Assembly (NCBI GenBank): GCA_964658305.1
Contig: OZ210885.1
Span: 3,658,001 to 3,722,000 of the forward strand
DNA: 64,000 bases
DNA from: Leptogorgia sarmentosa
Lineage: Eukaryota
Direction: 5' to 3'
This document shows positions 11,496 through 21,418 of this stretch, piece after piece (position 1 is the stretch's first letter; each line of letters begins with the position of its first letter). The translations under genes were made by a program, and so were the position numbers. The notes beneath the pieces were generated by a model. It saw nothing but the letters and a program-made list of their open reading frames with translations. It ran no database searches and had not been told where the DNA came from.

Positions 11496-12328
11496 CAGGA
11501 TAGATACGTTTAATCACTTCCGACTCCAATCAATTACAATGTCCCACTTCCAGGGCACTATGGCAACAGACAGTTAGTTGGATACTATGTGGTCCTTGAA
11601 ATGCATGCTATCAAATTAACTTGCTTCAAGCATTTAATAAAGGGTTCATTGTCAATTCACGCTCAATTGCTCTTCTAGTGAGCAGCTGGAGTAAAGTACA
11701 TAATGAACTTCAATAGTAATATCATTTGCATTTCTGCTTTCAGTTCTACAGGGTGAGTCAGAAAAGACTGACATATTAAAAAAATTAATATTAGCCGAGA
11801 AGCTGTTGCTGCAATTTAAACAATAATACATCTGAGCGCTCTGAGTACTGAAGTTTTTCGTGCAATCAAAATGACTTGAAGCTCCCACAGGGAATTGATA
11901 TCATCTGTTTATTTGACATGCTTCGTACCTATGGGATATTCAGGCAACGTCTGTGCGATTAAATGATTTGAACTTCAAAGATCTGACTCACAGGATGTAT
12001 TACTTTGACGTGGTTAATCCCTCGTTGAATTAAAATGCAACTCACCTGCAAGTTCTTCCGCACTCTGGCACACAAAATGAATAATACCTTACAACAATTT
12101 GCTCTTCATGTAATTCATGTCAGATAAATTTACTACATATTTTGACACTCGCTTAAATTTCAGTTCTAACTGAATTTGGGACTGCAGATTTGTCTCATGA
12201 GTATAGATCGAAGATCTTGCTCTTGCCCAACATTAATTCAAAGCATAAGCAATATCAAAATATTACAATACATTACAGCTAATCTGAATGTGAAATGTTC
12301 ACTTTTTTTTTACCCTGTATACTACGTA

Positions 12329-12719
12329 CAGGGTGTCACAAAAAAAGTCACCTTTATAGAAATCAGCTCTTTTGTTGTCAAACGTGAGTTGTTATACCTT
12401 TGAGAATTGAAGTGAATGGTTCATGAACGACAGAAGTATTTATAACAGCACGAGCTTTTGTTGCTGTTCGTCAGAAGCTAATTTAAATTTCCAGAGGTGC
12501 AACAACCGGAGATTAACACCAAGGGATTTCTATAGAGTAATTTCTATATAAATTTCTATGATTTCTATAGCTTCTGACAAACAGCAACAAAAGCGCACGG
12601 TGTTATAAATACTTTGTCGTTCATGAATCATTCAATTATATTCTCTAAGGCATAACAACGCACGTTTGACAACAAAAGAGCTGATTTCTATAGAGGTGAC
12701 TTTTTTGGGGGCCACCCTG
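12329..12719. mobile_element. Tc1/mariner-type MITE, near-complete palindrome
   Basis: TA|cagggtgtcacaaaaaaagtcacc ... ggtgacttttttgggggccaccctg|TA; arms pair over ~160 bp. Orphan cagggtg ends also occur at 11749, 12317 and 12727. Confidence 0.9.
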
Positions 12720-13173
12720 TACAGGCCAGGGTGTATATAAAAAAGGCTAGTCTTTTGAAATTATAGCCGTATGGTATTGAATTCATGACAAGTGTAATTG
12801 CTTCGAATCATTTAGCGAGCCTCAAAACAAAAGATATTTAGTTGCAAATCACATTTTCGTCAGTGACGTGTCATCATCTCTACGTTTTGTGACATAACTC
12901 TACGTTTTTGTCAACTCTTCGTCACACGTGCCAAAAATATTTCAAGATTTTGCCGCACGCGGGGGCATTTTGCTAACGCCAATACTACCCGAATAGGCAC
13001 GAGTGACTCTCAGCTCAGCAGATAGTTGTCATGTGCGGCAGGTTTTAGGTTCGGAAAATGAAGAGTTCGACGTCAGAACCAGGCCATAGTTGTATGGCAG
13101 CCTTAGATGTATAAACACGCCCTTACTTGTATAACCAGGCCTTAGATGTATAACCAGGCCTTAGTTGTATAAC

Positions 13174-13989
13174 CAGTGCCGGATTATCTAGGGGGCAATG
13201 GGGGCATTTGCCCCCGGCCCCAGCTCAAACGCTTATTTACCGGCCCAAGAAAAACAATGTATAAAAAATTTCTGTGGGGTTTCGAAAAAACATAAATTTT
13301 CATTAAAAATTGGTCTATTGAAAGCCAGAAAGTTCTAGAGTCCTAAATTACCGAAGAACTATCTGCGTCTATAGACAACGATAAGATTGCAAACTTCAAC
13401 CTACTTAGCATCACAGACGTACCAGGCGGGGGTACAAGGGGGCAACTGCCCCCCAAATCGAAATTTCAAATTTCAAAAATTTCAAATTGAAAAATTCGGG
13501 CACTGATTTTGAGCATAATTCTGGCAGAAATATGAGGAATAAGGTAATGTCAACAATCCTCCAGTCGTTCACCTGAACGACCGTACCAAGAAAGTGGAGT
13601 TAGGACTCTGAAATCGCCGTTTCCGACAATCCAGAGGTTGTAAAATTTCTCGCTCGGCGCCAACCATGGTGGCGCCTCGTGACATTCGCTACCCTCAAAT
13701 TCGGGCAAAGATCTTTCTGCCCGCCCTGAAAAAATATAGCCCGTACGCTTATGCTTAGCATTGAACACGAAATACTAGACTCACTTAAGTTAATGTCGAA
13801 GTGGCTGGTAAATGCCACTTTCACGTTAAAATGCTATTCCCTATGTGCATGCATATTATAGTTCCTGACGATATAATGGACAAGACTTTCAATTTGATTA
13901 CATATATGTTTCATGTTTTCATATTCACCAAATTACGGCCCTTTACTTTTTGTTTGTCCCCGGCCCAATGATGGGTTAATCCGGCGCTG
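13174..13989. mobile_element. hAT-type MITE, 8-bp TSD TGTATAAC
   Basis: TIR cagtgccggatta / taatccggcgctg; tgtataac at 13166-13173 and 13990-13997. Confidence 0.9.
13412..13753. mobile_element. Nested hAT-type MITE, 8-bp TSD CTTAGCAT
   Basis: Termini cacagacgtac / gtacgcttatg; cttagcat at 13404-13411 and 13754-13761; family core at ~13642-13682. Confidence 0.85.
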
Positions 13990-14039
13990 TGTATAACCAG
14001 GCCTTAGTTGTATAACCAGGCCTTAGTTCAGTTAGTTGT

Positions 14040-16964
14040 ATAACTTTGAACAATGGGGTCCATTTTCTTCCGTGCGTCATCCCAATGACTCTCTCGACAC
14101 GTTGTTGAAGTGCGTTATTGTAAGCAGCCACCAAGTGTCAATCAGAGTTAATTTGTATTGTTATCATATTTTGCTTCAATTTATTAGCAAGTGGCTATCT
14201 GTAAAACACGGAACGGGGAATCGGGGAACGGAACGAGGAACGGGAAAACCCGGAACGAGAAAAGCCGGAATCTGTAAAACCCGGAACATAAAAAGCCGGA
14301 ATCTGTAAAACCCGGAACATGAAAAGCCGGAATCTGTAAAACCCGGAACATAAAAAGCCGGAATCTGTAAAACCCGGAACATGAAAAGCCGGAATCTGTA
14401 AAACCCGGAACATGAAAAGCCGGAATCTGTAAAACCCGGAACGAGGTTTTACGGCAAAATGAGCATGTTTACTGTAACGCAGTCTCTCATGTAAAAATAA
14501 TGTAAAATGCACTTTTGACTAAACTTGTTATGCAATCTACCATGCAGATACAGATAGATAAAAAATTGAAACATTTTCGCAACGTTCGCAACGAAATCAA
14601 GACAAGCACTTAGGAGTAATTTTCTTTCATTTATGTACGAGTGCACTATAGCTAAAACTTCTAATTTATCCGGTTTTCGTGCTCTATGATATTTTATACA
14701 CTGCAATAAAAATCTGTCAGATTTGCCGGATGAGCCATACACCTTTGATAGACTTTGATAGGTACAAACGATAATACTATGAATCATATATGACTCTAAG
14801 TCTCTAACATATACTCACATAGTCAGAGATAGAAGAGAAAGGAAAACGCAGCGTAATAAGGTAGTATTTTCAAACCTGCGCAAAGAATAAACTGGCATGA
14901 ATCAACAGCAGGGCGCAGTCGAACCCTTAGTTAAATCGCAACAATATCCATGACTTCGCATGTTTTGCCGCAAAAGAACTTGGTCATTATATCCGCAATA
15001 TACGTTTCTGTTATCTTACTATAAATATAGCCTGTATATTTTAGATAGACACGTTAGTAGAGTAATCAACAGAACAAGCAGCAGAACCTCTGTTTACGAT
15101 TGTAATACAGTGAAGTATATCCACAGTTGGTAGTCGTCTACTAACTGTGGTATAACGTATCTAGTGTCATCGTGACCTGTGACCTTCGTTGAATTGTTGT
15201 AAAATCAAACGTGATTTTGTCTGTTGTTGAGCGAAACAAAGGCCAGGTCAAAGGGAGACAATCCCTAGCAGACTTGCTCGAAGATTAGTTCGAAAATAAT
15301 TAATTAATTCAAGTATAAAGGAGCTGAAACGGGCGCAAGCCTTTAGACAGCTATGCGCGTGTTAAGGTTGTGCACGCGGAACGCTGTAACCAGTTATATT
15401 GGGGTGCAACGGAATCTGTTTTCTAAGCACATTTTCGACGCTCATCCCGCGGCCTATTAATGGTTTGACTGCGCCCTGCTGTTGATTCATGCCAGTTTAT
15501 TCTTTGCACAGGTTTGAAAGTACTACCTTATTATGCTGCGTTTTTCTTTCTCTTCTATCTCTCTGACTATGTGAGTATATGTTAGAGACTTAGAGTCATA
15601 TGATTCATAGTATTATCGTTTGTACCTATCAAAGGTGTATGGCTCATCCGGCAAGTCTGACAGATTTTTATTGCAGTGTATAAAATATCATAGAGCATGA
15701 AATCCGGATAAATGAGAAGTTTTAGCTATAGTGCACAGTGCACTCGTACATAAATGAAAGAAAATGATTCCTGGTTTCGTTGCGAACGTTGCGAAAATGT
15801 TTTCATCTCTGTGTATCTGCGTGGTAGGTTGCATAACAAGTGCAGTCAAAAGTGCATTTTACATTATTTTTACCATTTTGCCGTAAAACCTCGTTCCGGG
15901 TTTTACAGATTCCGGCTTTTTATGTTCCGGGTTTTACAGATTCCGGCTTTTCATGTTCCGGGTTTTACAGATTCCGGCTTTTCATGTTCCGGGTTTTACA
16001 GATTCCGGCTTTTTATGTTCCGGGTTTTACAGATTCCGGCTTTTCATGTTCCGGGTTTTACAGATTCCGGCTTTTTATGTTCCGGGTTTTACAGATTCCG
16101 GCTTTTTATGTTCCGGGTTTTACAGATTCCGGCTTTTCATGTTCCGGGTTTTACAGATTCCGGCTTTTCTCGTTCCGGGTTTTCCCGTTCCTCGTTCCGT
16201 TCCTCGTTCCGTTCCCCGATTCCCCGTTCCGGGTTTTACAGATAGCCATTAGCAAGTGTCTCTCTCGTGATATCATCAGTACATATTTCATCGTTGTGGA
16301 TTGTATCTTTTTGATCAATGCAAGAAGCCGCTACTTCCATTAACGGTGACGTCAGTGGAAATTCCTGGCATTCCTGTATGAAACGACTTTGTTCATTGAA
16401 AGACGCGATAAACTCGTAAACTGATATTTCTACGGGTAGATATGTTTTTTCATTTCGAAAGCGCGTCGCTATAGCGTTGTAGCATGTATATGTATCTGGA
16501 AAAATGACAGAAAAACGCGAGAACATGAAATTTGCTAAAAAAAACGTTGGCTCACTAAATTCCTAAAAGATTCTGCCCAATAGTTGTGATCTACTCGCCA
16601 CCTATTAAGATTAGAAACTTCCAGTACACTAGTAAAGGCTCTAGCTCACACTACAGTAATTCCTGACCGGAAGGGCTTTTCCAAGGCATTATATTGTTAA
16701 TATCATAAGTGATATTCTTATAGTAGAGTTTTGTTGCTCGCTAATGAGGTCATTCGCTGCCACATATTATAATGTGATGAAATACATATTTCAGTATGGT
16801 GTGCTTGCGAAATATTTGTTATGCACTGTCTTAAAAAATGCATGGTCTTATTGTCAGACTTTCTTACGGTGGGCTTTACCAGTTCCACTCAAACACGTCT
16901 GCGTATAGTTGTAGGATTCCTTCTCACAGCTGAAATAAATTTCATAGCCTTCAGCGACCAAATT
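14040..16964 (-). pseudogene. Two phase-compatible relic exons, the second split by the Mutator-like element
   Basis: Exon 16964-16880 (cag|NLVAEGYEIYFSCEKESYNYTQTCLSGT g|gtaaag) joins in phase to an exon starting at 16495 (tttttccag|DTYTCYNAIATRF...); removing the element and one TSD continues the frame TLAN-KLKQNMITIQINSD*HLVAAYNNALQQRVERVIG. Confidence 0.5.
14193..16247. mobile_element. Mutator/Foldback-like non-autonomous element with ~730-bp modular TIRs and 10-bp TSD
   Basis: GGCTATCTGTAAAAC...GTTTTACAGATAGCC termini; TSD ATTAGCAAGT at 14183-14192 and 16248-16257; arms ~14193-14925 and ~15460-16247 carry a 31-bp repeat (6 left, 9 right copies); no transposase ORF. Confidence 0.92.
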
Positions 16965-16991
16965 CTGAATGCAAACACGCGAATGTGAGTT

Positions 16992-17255
16992 AAGGCCGGG
17001 TCAAACTCGAGGATGAGAATTGAATGAGAACGCAGAGTTTGCACGATCAGTCTCGTACGTTCCGGTAAAACTAAGATGAGACGTACGGTTAACCAGTTAA
17101 TGATGTTCACGACTATACGACAAATGCGCACAAACTCTCATCAACTCTCATCACAGTTTGAACCAGTTCAAATTCGATGCGAGTGGGGGAGAGTTGGCGG
17201 TCAAACGCAATGCAAGCGAGAGTTGCAATTTCATCAACTCTCATGCTCGTTCAAT
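16992..17255. mobile_element. Harbinger-like MITE (relatives at ~27497-27545 and 29010-29417)
   Basis: ggccgggtcaaactcgaggatgag ... ctctcatgctcgttcaatcc ends; shared gtcaaac..gatgagagttg motif. Confidence 0.6.
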
Positions 17256-18103
17256 CCAATATCATTAATATGGAAACTTTATTGAAATATTTTTCTTATG
17301 TATACACAATTGCAAATCTCGCTTAATAAGGTAATTTATTATATAAAATTTATCATGGATTATATAAAACGTTCATGGGTATATATAAATTTATAAAATA
17401 TTATCTAAAATCTCATCAAATCCGGATTCGACCATTCCTTGTCTCGGCAGCAAAAGATGTAGTAAGTTGACCTGATGGCGATGTTTATAATTTTTCTTAC
17501 AATATATATTTTTGATGGTTATTATCTATATTAAGCTGTTTAAGCATATCAATAAAAGGAATATTAATATATAATAATAATAAAAATAACAATAACAATG
17601 AACATTCCTGACAGTGCACACTTTACGCGTCAGACGTGCTTACAAAACACTTCACTTGAAATATCGTGAAAGCCCAAATTCTGATCGAGTGTGAACTTCA
17701 GTTCTCACTTTCGTTCTCACTTTTCTGTACATATGCACACAAATTTGAATTCATGTAATTTGAATGAATATATTAAATAAATGTATTACGTTCACGGTTT
17801 GGGTATGGTTTTTGTTAACCTGTTATCAAGTCTGAGTACGTCTCAGCCTCTCAGAAAGGAGGAAATTAGCCTAAATATCATTACACCAGCTTATTACGAT
17901 TTTGAAACAAGTCATTAAGCTAACTACCGGTAATTAATCAGTGTATTTCATATTGTCAGGTCACGGTTTTTTTATTCTATTTTTTTCGAGCCCGGGCCTT
18001 ATGCAGTGTGCCATTGTCATGACCTTTGTTGTTGGGATGTGTGTGTGTGGAGGGGGGGGGGGGACCCGGGACCGCACAAATATCTGAAATTTAGGGAAAT
18101 CAT

Positions 18104-19193
18104 ATAATAATAATGATAATAATAATAATTATATTTATTGAGGATACCCACATCACCAATGTGTTTTTCAGTGGGGTCCTCCATATACAATCATTACAAA
18201 ATAACATTAACATTATAATAACAGTACAACGTTACGTCGACATAAAAACATTAATGAAACCTAATAATTACTAATTATATTTACAAATTACGGTAATAGA
18301 GGAATAGAAGAAAAGTGGAATAGAAAGGAGTGGAGAATAGTCATATAGGTCGTGAATTTAGTAAAGACTTAAAGTGATATAAGGAGTCAATGTTTCTAAC
18401 AGATTCGTCCAAATTGTTGAAGTCTTTTGAGGCAAGGTAGGTAGGCTTTTGTTTACCCCAGTTTGTGTTGGTTTTTTGGAGATGAAGGTTTTTGCAGGAT
18501 CTTGTGCTGTATGAATGGATACTGTTGTTGGTTCTGAGGTTGAAGTCGAAATCGATTTGTCCATTGGTGCATTTATATATGAAGATACAACGATGCTTGT
18601 ATCTGCGAGACGAGAGAGTTGACCAGTGTAGTGTAGCGAGAGCTTCGGTTGCTGAACTGAGAGGAGGGAGATCTAGTATCAGTTTGGCTGCTTTATTTTC
18701 CAAAGTTTGTAGAGAGTTCATGAGTCCGAAGTTGTTTTGGTCCCCCCAAATGATGTCCGCGTAGTCGAAAAGAGGCAATATAGTTGCAGTATAGAAGGTT
18801 TGTCTTGCATCCAAAGGCAGGAAATCTTTCACGCGGCGCAGTACTCCTAATCTCTGGTTGATTTTGTTGATCATATTTTCTATTTGCTCGTGCCAAGTAA
18901 GGTTCTCAGAGATAGTTATACCGAGATAACTCAACGACTGTTCGCGTTTTATTGTACGGTTACAAATTGAGATGTTGATGTTGGAGATTGATCGTAGTCG
19001 TTGTCTACCAGCGAAAATGATGAACTTTGATTTCTCATGATTAAGTGTGAGGAGGTTGCTGTTTAGATAGCAGGAGAGGGATTGTAGGTCGAAATTGAGT
19101 TTGGACTGAAGTTCTGAAATATTGTCTGCAGAGTAATATAGGAGTGTGTCATCTGCGTAAAGTATCGACTTGCTGTAGGTTAGGCATTGTTGT
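18104..19193 (-). mobile_element. 5'-truncated LINE (L2/CR1 group): RT C-terminus, 3'UTR and (TTA)n tail
   Basis: Open frame ILYADDTLLYYS...SYLGITISENLTWHEQI...PLFDYADIIWG to the stop at 18341; AATAAA and a simple-repeat tail at ~18104-18140. Confidence 0.93.
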
Positions 19194-19957
19194 CTGATAG
19201 TTCAATTTTTTGCATACTTACGTTAATCAAAGAAAATCTTTAATTATTTTTGTGCAAATTTTTCGCATAACACGACCTCCAGTTGCCATGGCTGGTTCAT
19301 AACATTCTAATGTCAGTGTGAACGATTTGTGTGGCGTGTAACCAAATTGATTTATCTGCTTGTGTTGATTACTCTTGAACCTGTATAGGCATTGTAGTTA
19401 CCTGCCCGTCGCTATAACGTTAATTGGGGGAGTTTATATCCATGTGTTCATGATCTGCCTGACCGATTTTTTTTGAAATAAATTCAAAACAATTTATTTC
19501 ACTGATTTCAAAACAAATCTGTCGCCGAGCAGAACACGATTATATGAAAATACACCGCTCTGGCGACGGCTCTTCCGATAACAACATCAGCAAGCAGCAA
19601 CAGTTCTTCGGTTACCCAAACGATTCAATAAGATTCGATATTCCGAATGAGGGCCTCTTTCGTTATGTTGTTTGAGTAGTGAACAGAATTTTTGCTGCTT
19701 GTTAATTTATCATACCGGGCATTGAAGAGATTGAAGTTTTTAAATAATTATCTACGATCATTCTACATTCCTATCTATCTCCCGCGCTTATTTCCCATCC
19801 ACATACCAAGTGCCCATTTCCTGTTTGTATTCCACGTTGATTCCTAATCTCAAGTTCCTTGTACAAGATATTTTATAGATAGCTGCCGATAATACCAAAA
19901 TTTATAATTTACGCTTGCAATTATCGCATCAACATTCAGGTTGTCGAAGGTGCTTGC

Positions 19958-20123
19958 CAAGGCCGTAGCTGGAGCGTTAATTGAGGGGCGGGGCATATTC
20001 ATATATTCCTGTTCTGCACGGCGGATTTCGTTTAAAAATCTGTTTGTGGATTAACAGAACATGAATATATGAATATGCACCCCCCCCCCCCTCCTCCCAA
20101 TAAACGTTCTAGCCATGACCCTG
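19958..20123. mobile_element. Short hAT-like MITE (relatives at ~19403-19572 and ~27926-28089)
   Basis: caaggccgtagctggagcgttaattg ... caataaacgttctagccatgaccctg; near-matching 8-bp flanks gtgcttgc/tgctttgc. Confidence 0.65.
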
Positions 20124-21296
20124 TGCTTTGCTTACTATTCAGTATTAATTGTACAGCACAACTATGAATTTTGACGTCTTTACACCCTTTATAAAGTCCA
20201 TTTGCCGCTCACGTATCTCGCCGCTGATGAAAAATTTCGCTACTGAAAGTTTTAATGCGATTTCCTTTTGTGTGGTCAGCGAAAATTCACAAAGATGCTG
20301 AAAATTGTAACTAGAGAGGCAAAAATGATGGTAAAGTTTGTGAACATTTTTCGCCGGTGTCAGCGAAATACGTGAGTGGAAAAAGCAATGATACGGGCTT
20401 AAGGAAAAGCAATGATACCGCAAGCCGCATTGTTTTTCTTTTATTTTCTACATGCTGCCACTCGTCTTTCACTCTGCTGCAACAAGGCCACATCGAATAT
20501 TGTGAGCACTTACCTACCACGTCGTCCGTGTTGATAGTTTTTCAAGTAGCAACTTCCTAGCTAGTCACGCAAGGACTATTGTTATTCAGTATTGCTAGCA
20601 AGGTACGTTTGACGTCCATGTCTACTAATGGATCGATTGCATGATAGACAATTTGAAGTGCCTACGACACCAAAATTTGTCCTTGGTTGTGTTTATTGCA
20701 AAGATCTCTCTCGCTCGATACTGAAAATTAGAAATTTGCAAACTTTGTATTGATATACCATATACGCATGAAAATTTACACCACTTTCAGCTCAAAAGTG
20801 GTTCAGCAGTTCAGCTCACACATCCGCACGTAATACAGAGACAGGGAGGCATGAACCGAATGATCTGGACAAGATTTCTGAAGAAACATTTCCAAATTCA
20901 TAAACAAATTGTTGGAGAATGTGCTTTGTATTTCAAGTTAGTTAACCCAGGGTTAAACTAACCGGCTTTTCAACAACCGCCCCCGGAAGAACAAAACCCA
21001 TCACCATATCACAGTCCATATTAGAGTTAATAAGACCTGCAAAGTTTCGTCGCGAAAAGTTGTGAAATACGGAAAATACATCCCAGCAAATTTTGTATAT
21101 TTTTGTATTACGTCCGGAATTTCGCACCACATTTGATCGCATCAGATGTAGCGGTGGATTTCGTTTTTCCGGCCAGGAAAAAATTAGCCGAAAACTGGAA
21201 ATGTGTATTCTATATGGATGGACAGGTAGTTTTTTTCATTTCCACCAAATACAAGTAGAAGGGCGTTATTGGGACCTTTTGATATGAGCAAAAGTC

Positions 21297-21418
21297 AGGC
21301 CTAGGTCAAACGTCGAACTTTTCATGCGCCGAACCTAATGCAAATGAGCTCAAACAAAGAATTTGGCTCATTAACATTAGGTTCGGCACATGAAAAGTTC
21401 GACGTTTGACCTAGGCCT
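21297..21418. mobile_element. 122-bp hairpin MITE (decayed copies at ~27240-27362, ~54750-54866, ~58845-58980)
   Basis: aggcctaggtcaaacgtcgaacttttcatgcgccgaacctaatg pairs almost perfectly with cattaggttcggcacatgaaaagttcgacgtttgacctaggcct. Confidence 0.88.

Larger units (their letters stand above)
11..12283 (-). pseudogene. Decayed multi-exon dynein heavy chain-like (DNHD1-like) gene relic, continuing off the left edge
   Basis: Minus-strand exon-like pieces in dynein domain order: 12283-12046 (cag|...|gtgagt; ISCNVL*YFDIAYALN*CWARARSSIYTHETNLQ..., three in-frame TAA); ~11950-11850 (GTKHVK*TDDINSLWELQVIL, linker-like); 5326-5250 (LLPETLEIYFKT, like the AAA1 LPxNLKxLFR motif); 2986-2891 (VFIFGPSHMGKSTMWKIVSTTL, Walker A with the Trp typical of dynein AAA2); ~250-11 (NFGAFL...LLWDF, AAA2 lid-like). 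Similarity is from recalled motifs, not a search. Confidence 0.5.
13079..14030. repeat. 19-bp minisatellite (ccaggccttagttgtataa)n split by a hAT-type insertion
   Basis: About 5 units at 13079-13173 and about 2 more at 13990-14030. Confidence 0.85.

Noticed and set aside
12046..12283. Alternative genetic code or selenocysteine read-through to rescue the stop-containing exons
   Set aside because: Intact genes in the window end in TAA, TAG and TGA normally; the relic exons contain mixed stop types, frameshifts and TE insertions.
11749..12317. A single mariner MITE bounded by cagggtg/accctg
   Set aside because: The ends match poorly and the interior contains relic exons; more likely two unrelated orphan ends.
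14176..16343. Repetitive ORFs (FRVLQIPAF...) and a CRISPR-like look
   Set aside because: These are 31-bp head-to-tail repeats without unique spacers, inside transposon TIRs; there are no cas genes and the context is eukaryotic.
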